From Candidatus Poribacteria bacterium (GTDB taxonomy: Bacteria; Poribacteria; WGA-4E; WGA-3G): a DNA stretch of 64,000 nt. Made by a program: the position numbers and the translations under genes. The stretch covers positions 864,001-928,000 of the forward strand of contig CAXXLX010000001.1 in the NCBI GenBank assembly GCA_963665235.2, read 5' to 3'. This document shows, piece by piece, positions 21,263 to 31,691 of this stretch (position 1 is its first letter; each line of letters begins with the position of its first letter). The notes beneath the pieces were generated by a model. The model ran no database searches, was not told the origin of the DNA, and was given only the letters and a program-made list of their open reading frames with translations.

Positions 21263-21865
21263 TTAAGGTGCGTTGAGCTGCCCATTTACAGGTGTGAACG
21301 TTAACGCTTGCCCATTTGCATCTGTGAGGACAACTTCACCCAACGTAAGCGTGGAGGCTTTCGCGGTCAGCACCTCAAACGTCATGGTTGCAAGTGTGCC
21401 GCTCTCTTCGGTTACTGCGCCAGAGAGTGAAACCGCACTTAGGTAAACACTGTTCGCCGTAACTTGCGCGGGTGCTACGAATGCACCTGCCGGCAGATAA
21501 TCCGCATTTGCGCTTGAAACATATTGCAGGGCAGTCGGGTCGAAAATTAGTGTCACATCATAACCGCTGACATCGGCGGCACCGGTAATCTCGATACGTA
21601 CCTGCAGCTGTTGACCGGCTGCGGGGGACGTTGTTTGTGCGGGCACCGCTGTGACGACCATGCCTTGAATCGGTTCCGGTTCTGGCTCAGGTTCCGGTTT
21701 AGCGGGTTCAGTGGGTTCTGGCACCGGTTCAGTGGATGGTGTATCGGTGCCTCCATTAACCACGTTGTCAATTTGATTTGGCACCTGCTCGTCGCAGCCG
21801 TTAATACCAACTGCCAAGCAGGTGACAAGCATAACTATTGCTAAGAGATGAAAATATTTTTTCAT
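21263..21865 (-). CDS. Probable lipoprotein with PE-rich linker and cohesin domain
   Basis: Lipobox-like INGC, EPEPEP linker, cohesin domain closely similar to that of 17688-19199. Confidence 0.85.
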   Translation of the reverse strand: MKKYFHLLAIVMLVTCLAVGINGCDEQVPNQIDNVVNGGTDTPSTEPVPEPTEPAKPEPEPEPEPIQGMVVTAVPAQTTSPAAGQQLQVRIEITGAADVSGYDVTLIFDPTALQYVSSANADYLPAGAFVAPAQVTANSVYLSAVSLSGAVTEESGTLATMTFEVLTAKASTLTLGEVVLTDANGQALTFTPVNGQLNAP

Positions 21866-22385
21866 AAAATCTCCTTTGTTTGTTAAGGACTTATGCAGCG
21901 CGTTGATAAGTCCCTACGATCATCGGATTTAGAGAGTTAACGGGGCGAGGGGACCTCGCCCCTACGACGCTATCTGTTTCTGATAGGGTAGGGGCGGGGT
22001 TTCCCCGCCATATTGGCGGCAGTGCTTACTACGTCTGCCACCGTTTGCTAAATTTGCGTCCGTCCTGATAAATTAGGACAGTTGTACGGACATCTGTGCG
22101 TTCGTCTGAATCTCGGATTTTCGCGGATTTATCGGATTGCGCGGATTTTAAGAGGTGTCCACAAACCCACAAAACAGAGGAAAACAACTTGCTTTCGCCA
22201 ATGTCAATAAACCGCGAAATCTGTGAAGTCCCTAAATGCCATACGCGCATTTGGCCGTTGATTCGCCGCACCATCACACGTCTGTCCGAACAAGGATTCA
22301 CGGGGTTATAGGATTTTCAAAATCATTCTGATTGTGATTCGCAATCCTGTTGATTTGCTAATCCTGAAAATTCTGGCTCGGAAAT

Positions 22386-23105
22386 TTATTGCCCCCAACC
22401 GTTAGGATCCACCGTATTAAAACGGCGTATCTCTGTTCTGTCACCTCTGAACTGGACGTATTCATCAGCATAAATTTTAAACCGGCACAGATCAATCTGC
22501 GTAACTTCTGAAGCAGGGGTGACATTCTCAATCACTCCGCCCTTTTCTAGCGCACCAGCAGCAAGTTCGGAGCAGAAAAAAGCCCCAAAGTCCTCCTCAT
22601 TCCGGGTTATACCCCATGAGTCAAGTCCATCTATCCATGCCCGGATCAACGTTACCAGGGAATCATAGGGAGCCCCTTCGCTATCGATCAAGAAGTCAAA
22701 AAAAGCTTGGAAATTTTCTTGTAGCCTAGATTGAGATTCAGAACTCAAAGGCAACCACCATACTTCGCCGTCATAATTTTCATTTATATCGCTGAGCTTG
22801 GTGAATTTCACACCGGACTCGGTTGCCTCAGCGACTTGTTTTAAAATACGTCCCTGAGATTCCCCATCTCTCTGTAACCTAGTCTCAATAACAACTCCAA
22901 CATGCGACACATTACTTTTTGTAGCCCTCTTTATTATCTCTGAGTGGGCCTTTTTTCCCGAAAAAGCAATTATATCGCCGGGTTGTATTCTGTCTCTGAT
23001 ATTGCTGTATTTATCTTGTCTTAATGGCACTTTTGCCTCCTTTAGAAGAAATTTCCTCGTATAGTTCCTATTAGAAACACTACGCAAGATCCAAATTAAA
23101 AGCAT
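22386..23105 (-). CDS. Permuted NlpC/P60 (YiiX/YebB-like) papain-fold protein; start uncertain
   Basis: QPGDIIAFSG, SHVG (His) before FCSEL (Cys). Confidence 0.8.
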   Translation of the reverse strand: MLLIWILRSVSNRNYTRKFLLKEAKVPLRQDKYSNIRDRIQPGDIIAFSGKKAHSEIIKRATKSNVSHVGVVIETRLQRDGESQGRILKQVAEATESGVKFTKLSDINENYDGEVWWLPLSSESQSRLQENFQAFFDFLIDSEGAPYDSLVTLIRAWIDGLDSWGITRNEEDFGAFFCSELAAGALEKGGVIENVTPASEVTQIDLCRFKIYADEYVQFRGDRTEIRRFNTVDPNGWGQ

Positions 23106-24032
23106 CTACCAACACCCAGTCACAATCCCATGCAACTGCTGTGCTGATAGGAATAACAAGCATCGGGCAAACCCAATGCAACAAAAAAAGCCCGCGACGA
23201 AACATTTCGTACAAGACGAAACTCGCGCGAGCACAAATAGAGTCCCGCAATAAGTGCTGGGACTGTTAAATTTCTAATAATAGTTAATTTATAATTAACA
23301 TTTAGAAGGGGGGGGTAATTATCGTTAATTTGATATTAACAATATATTCTGACGCTGAACAAACGCAAGCACGACAAGGATCTGCACTGCCGGCACAGTA
23401 GCTGTACGGCACTGCTAAAATCGGTTTTGGGATGCTAAAATTGTGGTGCATTTTCTGCATCTTTTTCACCTGCATTTGCTCCTAAGGTTCGGAAAATTGC
23501 ACAGGTTGCATTTTCCCTACTATGTGTTATCCAACATGAACTTGATACCATAGTACTAAAGTTTGGACAATGTGTCTGCGTTTGCTGAGAGGGACAGAGA
23601 TGTATTCATCTATTATCTATTACCGCGTCCGGGCGGTACATCGTACCTCTCCCGATTTATAACAGACGGTGCCCGTGTTTGAAAGCATAGCATCAGACCG
23701 AAGTAAGCACGGTTTGCTACCCCTGATGCGACCGGGTGCCAGAAAACGAGCAGAATCTGTCAGACATTTTCCAAACTTTCACTTTATCACTTTAATAATT
23801 ATACACAAAATTGCATTTTTTGTCAACTTTTTTTTGAAAAAAATGATAAATATGTCCGTAAACATCTTTTTTTGCAATGTGTTCGGCGAAAATCGTTGAT
23901 TTTTTTCCGTTCACATATTTCAGTGTATGATATTTCACGAAAAAAGTCAATTAATTTTTGATATTTCGCCAGAGGTATTCAGAATGGACAATCGCGTGCG
24001 AAGCACGTTCCTACAGAAGAGTTCCTAACAAC

Positions 24033-25055
24033 GGGTGTGTAAAGTTTTTGTACACCTGTTTGTAGTAGGGCGATTCATTGCCTGTCGTGTAGGAATCGTT
24101 TCGCTATTCGTCCAGCGTTTATAGTCCAGCATATACTTATTGGCACATTTTGTAGCACAAACTTCCCAGTTTGTGCACAGGCGGACACAAACTAAATGAA
24201 GATTAAAAAATTGATTCGGTAATTGCCCGACCCTAGACATCTGCTCTAATGTTTCTCTTGTGTGTGGTCTGTTATCTTGTTGTCCGAATCACGGAAGGCG
24301 CGGAGGACGCGGAGAACGCGGCAAAAGAGGGGTTTGTGTTTTCTATAAAGATATCGCCCCGCTGGGGCTATTTTTTGTTTTGTTTGTGTTTTCTATAAAG
24401 ATACCGCCCCGCTGGGGCTGCGCTTTTATCCATAGGTTGTGTTTTGTTTGTGTTTTCTATAAAGATACCGCCCCGCTGGGGCTGCGCTTTTATCCATAGG
24501 TTGTGTTTTGTTTGTGTTTTTATATAAAGTTTTCTATAAAGATCGCCCCGCTGGGGCTGCGCTTTTATCCATAGGTTGTGTTTTGTTTGTATTTTCTATA
24601 AAGATATCGCCCCGCTGGGGCTGCGCTTTTATCCATAGGTTGTGTTTTGTTTGTGTTTTCTATAAAGATATCGCCCCGCTGGGGCTATTTTTTGTTTTGT
24701 TTGTGTTTTCTATAAAGATACCGCCCCGCTGGGGCTGCGCTTGGCTCATGTAAAAAATAAGTGCAAATGAACTTTTTAACCTTGTGCTTTCGAGAAATCC
24801 CAGGGACTATATTAGTCAAACCCCGCTTTTTCCGAGTTCTCGGTGTTCTCTGTGTCCTCGGCGATTTGCGGCGTATTCGCCCAAACGCGACGGGCATTCA
24901 GACAAAAAAACGCTAAAACTCTAATCACAAAACTTCGATTGTTACACATCTTAAAATCCGCGAAATCCGATAAATCCGCGATAATCCGCGATTCAGACAA
25001 CACACATGCGAAATCCATCCTTCCCTCTATCATAGTACAAAAACTTTACGCACCC
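24033..25055. mobile_element. Non-autonomous MITE with IS256-like 21-bp TIRs and repeat cargo
   Basis: gggtgtgtaaagtttttgtac ... gtacaaaaactttacgcaccc (one mismatch), flanked by direct repeat TAACAAC on both sides. Confidence 0.8.
24335..24741. repeat. REP-like array, seven copies of ttctataaagata(t/c)cgccccgctggggct
   Basis: Directly visible; same motif recurs at 31875-32100, 41315-41390 and 51008-51040. Confidence 0.93.
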
Positions 25056-25222
25056 TAACAACTAATAACGGGCCTGATTGACGGTTGTCCCCCCTTATGC
25101 TAAAATAAAATCACCAACAGCAGGTTCACAACCCGACCTAATTTTTTCCGCCAATATGCAACCTTTTAAGCCGAAACTGCATCTTTAATTTTAAAGAGAT
25201 TACTGCCGTTTGGAGACACACA

Positions 25223-28200
25223 ATGAAGAAATATGACGATATAGAACTCATTCAACGCACACTCGAAGGCGATACGCAGGCATTCGCTGCGCTTGTGGAA
25301 AAATATCAGGAGCAGATACATGCACTCGCTTGGCGAAAAATTGGCGATTTTCATATCGCACAAGAGATTACACAGGACGCTTTTATCTCCGCCTATCAGA
25401 AGCTGGATACGCTCACACACCACAACCGGTTCGCAGGGTGGCTCTATGTCATTACAAATAACCTCTGCAACATGTGGCACAGAAAGAGAAGACCGCAACC
25501 CGAATCGCTTGAAAAGCTTGAAACAACTGACCCGGTTGAGTTGGAGGAGGCATATTATTCCGAATATATGTCTCGCCAACGCGAAGAAGCCGCAGCGCAA
25601 AAGAGACGCATTGCTGTTCAAAAGCTGCTCGATACACTCCAAGAAAGTGAACGCACTGTCATGACGCTTCACTACCTCGCCGGGTTGTCTTGTGAAGAGA
25701 TCAGTAAGTTCCTCGGTGTATCACCGAACACGGTGAAAAGCCGACTCCATCGCGCACGCGAACGACTAAAGAAGGAGGAAGCTGTGTTACACGAAAACCT
25801 TAGCAGTTTCAAACTGCCACCGCAATTGATAGAGAATATCATGAAGAAAATTTCACGCCCAACTGCTCCCCCCGCGGGAAATAAACCCTTGGTGCCGTTA
25901 GCGGTTTCCGCTGCGTCATCCATTTTAGTGCTGCTATTGATAGGGAGCGGCATGCAGCACCTACTCCGTTTTCAGCAACCGTATAGCTTCAACGCAACAT
26001 CGGAACCGAAGGTTGAGATAATTAATGCCAAATCTAATCTGCCGCTACTCTCAAAACCGGCAGTGCGGAATCGAGCCGGGTACTCAGATGTTTCTGGGAA
26101 CAGCAACGGCACTAAACAGAAACCGAACGCGCCCCTATTCGCTGCAGCAATGGCGGATGAAATCGAGATTTCAAACCCAAAAACACGGTGGGTTCAGACG
26201 AAAGGGCCAGAAGGCGGTGCAGTCGCTACCCTCTTCGAAACAACCCGTGGTGATATCTACGCAGCGACACAGAACAGCCTCTATAGATTGACAGATGATA
26301 GGTTAGCGTGGAAACACATTAGCAACATCAAGGGCCCCTCACACACGTCAATAGCGCAGAGAAGGGGATGGTGGCCTGTGGCAGAAAGGCAGGGGACGGT
26401 TTATATCGCTACCGATACAGGGATATTGGGTTCTACAGATAGAGGCGAAACGTGGGAAACGCTCTGTCCGCGTATAAAGGGACGGCTTGTTGACATGGTG
26501 GTAACTGATGGAATGCCAGAAACACAAAACGATATAACAATCTACCTCGCTTATACAAACGGGGTATTCCGATGGAGTAATGCTGACAAATCGTGGACCC
26601 CGCTGCCGGAAGGGATGACAGCTAACGAAATTCGTGCAATCGCTGCAATTGAAAACAGTGTCTTCGCGGGAACCAATAATGGCCTCTATCGCCTCAATGC
26701 TGACACGTGGGAGCAGGTGTCGATAGCACAGGAAAATGCCCAAGAAAAAACGGTTGGTGATATCCAGGGATTAGCAGTCGCAGAAAATAGGTTATACGTC
26801 TTAAGCGGCTGGAATTTAGAGGATAAATGGACTTTAGAGAGTAAAGATCCTAAAGGGGATTGGGTAGTAGGAGAAGGAGGTTGGATAGGATTAACAAATG
26901 CTACAGGTCCTCCTTTTTCGCTTTATTGCTCGACCGACCGAGGCGATACGTGGAAGTCTATAACGCCGAAACAGATTAACACTGGTATTAGTGAAATCAT
27001 GTGGGGAACGGATCCTGGAAGCTGGATTCCATTAGTACCGCGACATGAAACCAGCAGATATCAATTTCGCCCTGCAACACCGTACCCAAAGATTTTTGCG
27101 TTTGCGGCAGGGGAAAATGTCACGGTAATAACCAGCAATAAGACCTTTCGCTCCAGTGATGCAGGTGCAACTTGGACCCCTCTAAGTGCTATAGGAGATA
27201 TTATTGATTCCGTCGTGATGTTGAACGCAAACACCTTCTACAGAGACGGAACCTACGGAATTTATCGGACAACCGATGGCGGCAAGTCATGGCATCCATT
27301 CAATACCGGCCTTGTGAACACACATGTGAAAAAGGTCATTGCTGATAGCGGAATTCTTTACGCTAACACACAGAGTGGACTCGTACGTTCAACTGACAGC
27401 GGCGAATCTTGGGCAGCTGTTCCTGGCGATACAGGTTATCTTACACGTATTGCGGTATTTGATGGGGTACTCTATGCACGGTCTAATCAAAATATGGCAC
27501 CCCAACTTTTTTACTACTTATTCGCCGAAGACAATAGTCTCGCTGGCATTCCCGATGTCCCTATTTTAGAAAATAGAGACCCACTTGGTGCTATTTTAGA
27601 AAATAGAAATGTAAGAGCACGTAGAGGAATTCTTAAGGAAAATCGTGATGAGGTGCTCTTTCTTATACCACACAACAAGGGATTTTTCCTCTCTTCGCAG
27701 CTTGGAAGCTTCGCCGTTAGCGACACCGCACACTACATGGAATACGACAAAAAACTCTTTAGGTGGAATATCGGCGCACCGGATTGGTACGACACAGGCC
27801 TAGAGGATAGGGGTGAATTTTCTTTTTCTAAAAACGGATTACAGTTTGAGGCACATTTAGGTTTCAAACTCGCTGTTTCGGGGAAAACCGTTTATGTCGG
27901 CAAACGGGATGGACATCTCATGCAGTCGTTCGATGAAGGAACGAGATGGAACGATGTCACAGCAGACCTGCCGTTTTCTATCAACCATTTTAAGGCAATA
28001 GTTTTCGCTGAAAACTTCGTCTATGTGGCAACCGATAAAGGCGTAGTGCTGTCAGGCAACGGCACTGACTGGCACACACTCACCGATGCTGAAGGAACAC
28101 CGCTTGTTATGAGTAGATTGGCAACAGATGACACAACGGTTTACGGCGAAGCCGAACAGAAAATATATCAACTGAACAAGGACAGCGGCACATGGCAACA

Positions 28201-28309
28201 GGTCACACCGGAAATCCCATATCCGGTTTTCTCGTTTGATGTCGATGGGAATACGCTCTATGTCGGAACTAACGGCCATGGCGTGCTCCGCTTCTCGCTT
28301 GACGAATAG
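25223..28309 (+). CDS. ECF sigma factor / TM helix / BNR beta-propeller fusion
   Basis: sigma2 and sigma4 motifs, hydrophobic segment LAVSAASSILVLLLIG, many STD.G.TW Asp-box repeats. Confidence 0.92.
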   Translation: MKKYDDIELIQRTLEGDTQAFAALVEKYQEQIHALAWRKIGDFHIAQEITQDAFISAYQKLDTLTHHNRFAGWLYVITNNLCNMWHRKRRPQPESLEKLETTDPVELEEAYYSEYMSRQREEAAAQKRRIAVQKLLDTLQESERTVMTLHYLAGLSCEEISKFLGVSPNTVKSRLHRARERLKKEEAVLHENLSSFKLPPQLIENIMKKISRPTAPPAGNKPLVPLAVSAASSILVLLLIGSGMQHLLRFQQPYSFNATSEPKVEIINAKSNLPLLSKPAVRNRAGYSDVSGNSNGTKQKPNAPLFAAAMADEIEISNPKTRWVQTKGPEGGAVATLFETTRGDIYAATQNSLYRLTDDRLAWKHISNIKGPSHTSIAQRRGWWPVAERQGTVYIATDTGILGSTDRGETWETLCPRIKGRLVDMVVTDGMPETQNDITIYLAYTNGVFRWSNADKSWTPLPEGMTANEIRAIAAIENSVFAGTNNGLYRLNADTWEQVSIAQENAQEKTVGDIQGLAVAENRLYVLSGWNLEDKWTLESKDPKGDWVVGEGGWIGLTNATGPPFSLYCSTDRGDTWKSITPKQINTGISEIMWGTDPGSWIPLVPRHETSRYQFRPATPYPKIFAFAAGENVTVITSNKTFRSSDAGATWTPLSAIGDIIDSVVMLNANTFYRDGTYGIYRTTDGGKSWHPFNTGLVNTHVKKVIADSGILYANTQSGLVRSTDSGESWAAVPGDTGYLTRIAVFDGVLYARSNQNMAPQLFYYLFAEDNSLAGIPDVPILENRDPLGAILENRNVRARRGILKENRDEVLFLIPHNKGFFLSSQLGSFAVSDTAHYMEYDKKLFRWNIGAPDWYDTGLEDRGEFSFSKNGLQFEAHLGFKLAVSGKTVYVGKRDGHLMQSFDEGTRWNDVTADLPFSINHFKAIVFAENFVYVATDKGVVLSGNGTDWHTLTDAEGTPLVMSRLATDDTTVYGEAEQKIYQLNKDSGTWQQVTPEIPYPVFSFDVDGNTLYVGTNGHGVLRFSLDE

Positions 28310-28491
28310 CTGGAGGGTGTGTAAAGTTTTTTACGGGCATTCGGGCGTAAGGTTTCCCAATCCTTTAGGTTTGGGATATAAGTTTCCCGCTAAGGGCGTA
28401 ATCCCTGAAAATTAATTTGAGGAATATTGATGACCTTGTGTCATAAATATCCCTCCTTTGACCAAAAACTGTGGTATAATTATACTGACAC

Positions 28492-28551
28492 TTTTGGATA
28501 GGAGTTCTACCCTACACAAACTTTTGGATAGGAGTTCTACCCTACACAAAC
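28492..28551. repeat. 30-bp direct duplication
   Basis: ttttggataggagttctaccctacacaaac twice. Confidence 0.9.
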
Positions 28552-28830
28552 TCAGTGTGGGTCCTATCCCTCACCTGTAGAACGGTGTGTAGTGTTAGTG
28601 TTAGACCACTTAAAAAGTATATCGGGCAGTTAACGCATAATTGCATGAAAGCTTGTATCGTGGCGGGGGTGAAAGTCCGCACGTTGTATCACTGCCCCTC
28701 TCTTAAAATATCGTTTATGATTTCTTCAAAACGAGGCACGTGGGGATAGACAGGACCCTTCTGACCTGATATGCCTGTAGGATTTTTCACCTACAGGGAA
28801 TCGCGTGCGGGTGGAGACGACATAAAAGGA

Positions 28831-29137
28831 TGTCCTCGGTGGGACCGATGTCCTCGGTGGGACCGATGTCCTCGGTGGGACCGATGTCCTCGGTGGGACC
28901 GATGTCCTCGGTGGGACCGATGTCCTCGGTGGGACCGATGTCCTCGGTGGGGACCGATGTCCTCGGTGGGACCGATGTCCTCGGTGGGACCGATGTCCTC
29001 GGTGGGACCGATGTCCTCGGTGGGACCGATGTCCTCGGTGGGACCGATGTCCTCGGTGGGACCGATGTCCTCGGTGGGACCGATGTCCTCGGTGGGGACC
29101 GATGTCCTCGGTGGGACCGATGTCCTCGGTGGGACCT
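28831..29137. repeat. Tandem array of 17 copies of an 18-bp unit (tgtcctcggtgggaccga)
   Basis: Directly visible; two units carry an extra G. Confidence 0.97.
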
Positions 29138-29214
29138 CGGACGTTCGACCTTCGGGAAGAACGCAAACGTCTATGAAGCCGAAGCCCACGCCTTTAGGCG
29201 TTGGGTGCTATCAC

Positions 29215-29987
29215 TACAGGGACAATTGAATATATCTCTCTATACGGTATTGACCCCAACACAAGCAGAAATTTGGGAAGGAATGGTGATTTTCGAAAAG
29301 AGGGAGACATCTCCAGATACACTTCAGAACGAATTCAAATCGCAACGTTGGCAATTGGCAGAAGCAATCCTGGGACTACATACACAACAGCTCGGGCCGC
29401 TCAACGAAATTGCAGAGAAACGTTTGGAAATCGCTACCAAAGGGGTGCTCCAACAATACATTGAAGTGCGAAATCAGGACGACAGCGAAAAGCTTTGGTA
29501 TCTGCTTGACTTATATAGGCTCTGGGTGAAGGTCCTAAAGCAAAATATTCCTCGCGAACAGGCTGCTAAGGAGCTTGAAGCCATGAAGAAAACGTTGGCG
29601 GACGAAAGCTGGACTAACAAACTGTGGGGCGGCGCGGAGCTGTACAACATTACAAATCATCCGCTCTACCAACAGGCGATCAAAGATGTACTTCCTGATG
29701 AGGCATATTCGGAATATGTTGCCTGTCAAACCGAACGCCAGGTTTTCCAAGCACAAGCTGCCCGTGATATGTTAGTGGTATACATGGATACGGTCCTGCT
29801 CTTGAAAGGGACGCAACGGAAACAGTTGGAAACAGCGGCAGCGCAGGTGCCGCTTCTCTCGTTGAGTCTGGAGGGATTGCAAATAATGAATGCTGAACTT
29901 TTGCTAAGGATAGGCCCCGAGATTCTTATGCCTTGGTATCAGGCTGCTCTTGAACAAGACGGATTGGCGAATCCACTTACACAATAG
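29215..29987 (+). pseudogene. 5'-truncated paralog of the gene at 30019-31545
   Basis: LNISLYTVLTPTQAEIW, IPREQAA and HPLYQQ.IK match the C-terminal half of the neighbour; homology starts right at the IS605-type right end. Confidence 0.75.
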
Positions 29988-30018
29988 ATGCAACCCTATT
30001 GTAAAGGAGGTAAAACAG

Positions 30019-31545
30019 ATGCCCCGTTCTATTTTGATACTAATAATCACTATATTCACAAGCGTTGCCTTTGCACAAGAAAACGCGCCGAACGGCGGCA
30101 CCCTCCGTGGCGAAGTTTTTGACACAACCGCAGAACCGAACCCAATCGAAGGGGTTACAGTTAATATTGTTGGGATAGATAAAAAGGTAGTCACAGTCAA
30201 AACGGATGCCAAAGGGCAATATAAATGTGATAACCTCCCCGCAGGCCGCTATCTGATTAATATGAGTAAAAAGGGATACAATGACCGGGTCGGTAGGGCT
30301 GTTACAATCGTTGATGGCGGAGACCACTTCGTTCAGATTAGAATGCACAAAAGGGACAATGCAGTTCCTGTTATCGATAGACCCCTTGGTTATATCATTG
30401 GGAGTATAGGCGAGCGTTACAAATTGGAGGAGTCTTCTATGGGGGCACTCTATCAGTCGCTTCTTGAAGTACTCACTAGGTTGGAACCGGGAAATCTAGA
30501 GGCGAAATTACAAGAAAACAACCTGATGGGGGCAATGGCATTGTTGTCGCACCCTGATAGCAAGGCAGCCTTCGCGAAGCATCTAACCGAAACGCAACTT
30601 CACGATTATATAGAGTTCATCGAGAATCGACAACAGCGAGCATGGCAAACGGTCGCTCACTTCCTAACGGCGTTCCTCGACCAAACCCTCAGTCTGAATT
30701 CCAAGCAGCGCGAAGATGTGCTCAAATTGCTACTTGACACAATAGCGCATTCGCCGAAACTGGACCTAGACTCTATGTTTAGGGGCCCCAACTTACAGCG
30801 CGAAGCTGTGGATTTGCTACCTGATGATTTGAAAATATCTCTACAGACGATATTGACTCCAACTCAGGTAAAAATTTGGCACGGATTAATTAAACTGATA
30901 AATCCTAAAAGGGATTTGGTTGACGAATCTGAACTGTCAGAGATGATAGACGCGCTATTAACAGCACATACCGAACAACAGCTAGGAACGCTCAGTGAAC
31001 GGGAAAATCAACGTTTGCGGGTAGCCATCAAAGGAGTAATCCAACAAGCTATTGAAACGCAAAAGCCGGACATCGAGGAAAAAATCAACTATATTGATGC
31101 CTCATTTACGCTCCTAGCTGGACTCATAAGGCAAGATGTTCCTCGCGAACAGGCTGCTGAACAGCTCGAACTCCTGAAGAAAAAGTTCACGGATGAAATG
31201 GTTATGAGTAAACGATGGCGTGGGCCTGAACTGCCCGACCTTACGAGTCATCCGCTTTACCAACAGACAATCAAAGAGGTGCTATCTGAAGAGGCTTATC
31301 GACAATATACCGAACGTCAAACCGAACGACAAGTTTTCCAGACGCAGGCTTCGCAGGCAATGCTTGTGACCTCCTTAGACGCGGCGCTGCTCTTGAAGGA
31401 GACACACCGAAAACAGTTAGAAACAACTACAGCACAGCTGACGCTTCTCGCGTTGAGCGCGGAGGGGCTTCACATGATGACTACCGAAATGGTCATAACG
31501 ATGAACCCCGAGATACTGAGGCTTTTAAGGCTGTATAATGATTAA
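30019..31545 (+). CDS. Secreted protein with carboxypeptidase-regulatory-like N-terminal domain and helical C-terminus
   Basis: AAGGAGG RBS, signal peptide, G.V.D...PIEGVTV...TDAKGQY..NLPAGRY...KKGY. Confidence 0.8.
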   Translation: MPRSILILIITIFTSVAFAQENAPNGGTLRGEVFDTTAEPNPIEGVTVNIVGIDKKVVTVKTDAKGQYKCDNLPAGRYLINMSKKGYNDRVGRAVTIVDGGDHFVQIRMHKRDNAVPVIDRPLGYIIGSIGERYKLEESSMGALYQSLLEVLTRLEPGNLEAKLQENNLMGAMALLSHPDSKAAFAKHLTETQLHDYIEFIENRQQRAWQTVAHFLTAFLDQTLSLNSKQREDVLKLLLDTIAHSPKLDLDSMFRGPNLQREAVDLLPDDLKISLQTILTPTQVKIWHGLIKLINPKRDLVDESELSEMIDALLTAHTEQQLGTLSERENQRLRVAIKGVIQQAIETQKPDIEEKINYIDASFTLLAGLIRQDVPREQAAEQLELLKKKFTDEMVMSKRWRGPELPDLTSHPLYQQTIKEVLSEEAYRQYTERQTERQVFQTQASQAMLVTSLDAALLLKETHRKQLETTTAQLTLLALSAEGLHMMTTEMVITMNPEILRLLRLYND

Positions 31546-31691
31546 TAGAAACAAAATACAGAATCAGGTGTCAGGTTTCTTGTCGAATGCATGTATCACT
31601 ATGATGAGGTAAACAAATGCCCCGTTCTATTTTAGTAATAATAATCACTATTATTCTATCATTACCGCTTGTTAGAAATGAAACGGAGAAC

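Larger units (their letters stand above)
28347..29214 (+). mobile_element. Non-autonomous IS200/IS605-derived element with omega-RNA-like tail
   Basis: Left hairpin cccaatcctttaggtttggg; right end gaagcccacgcctttaggcgttgggtgctatcac; no transposase or TnpB ORF; left boundary approximate. Confidence 0.75.

Noticed and set aside
24335-24741. CRISPR array
   Set aside because: Spacer-like segments are repeated T/G-rich sequences, and the motif is dispersed across the window like a REP
28726-29229. Repeat proteins (MSSVGP, HRGHRS, PPRTSV ORFs)
   Set aside because: Artefacts of a stop-free 18-bp DNA repeat; no RBS or domain evidence
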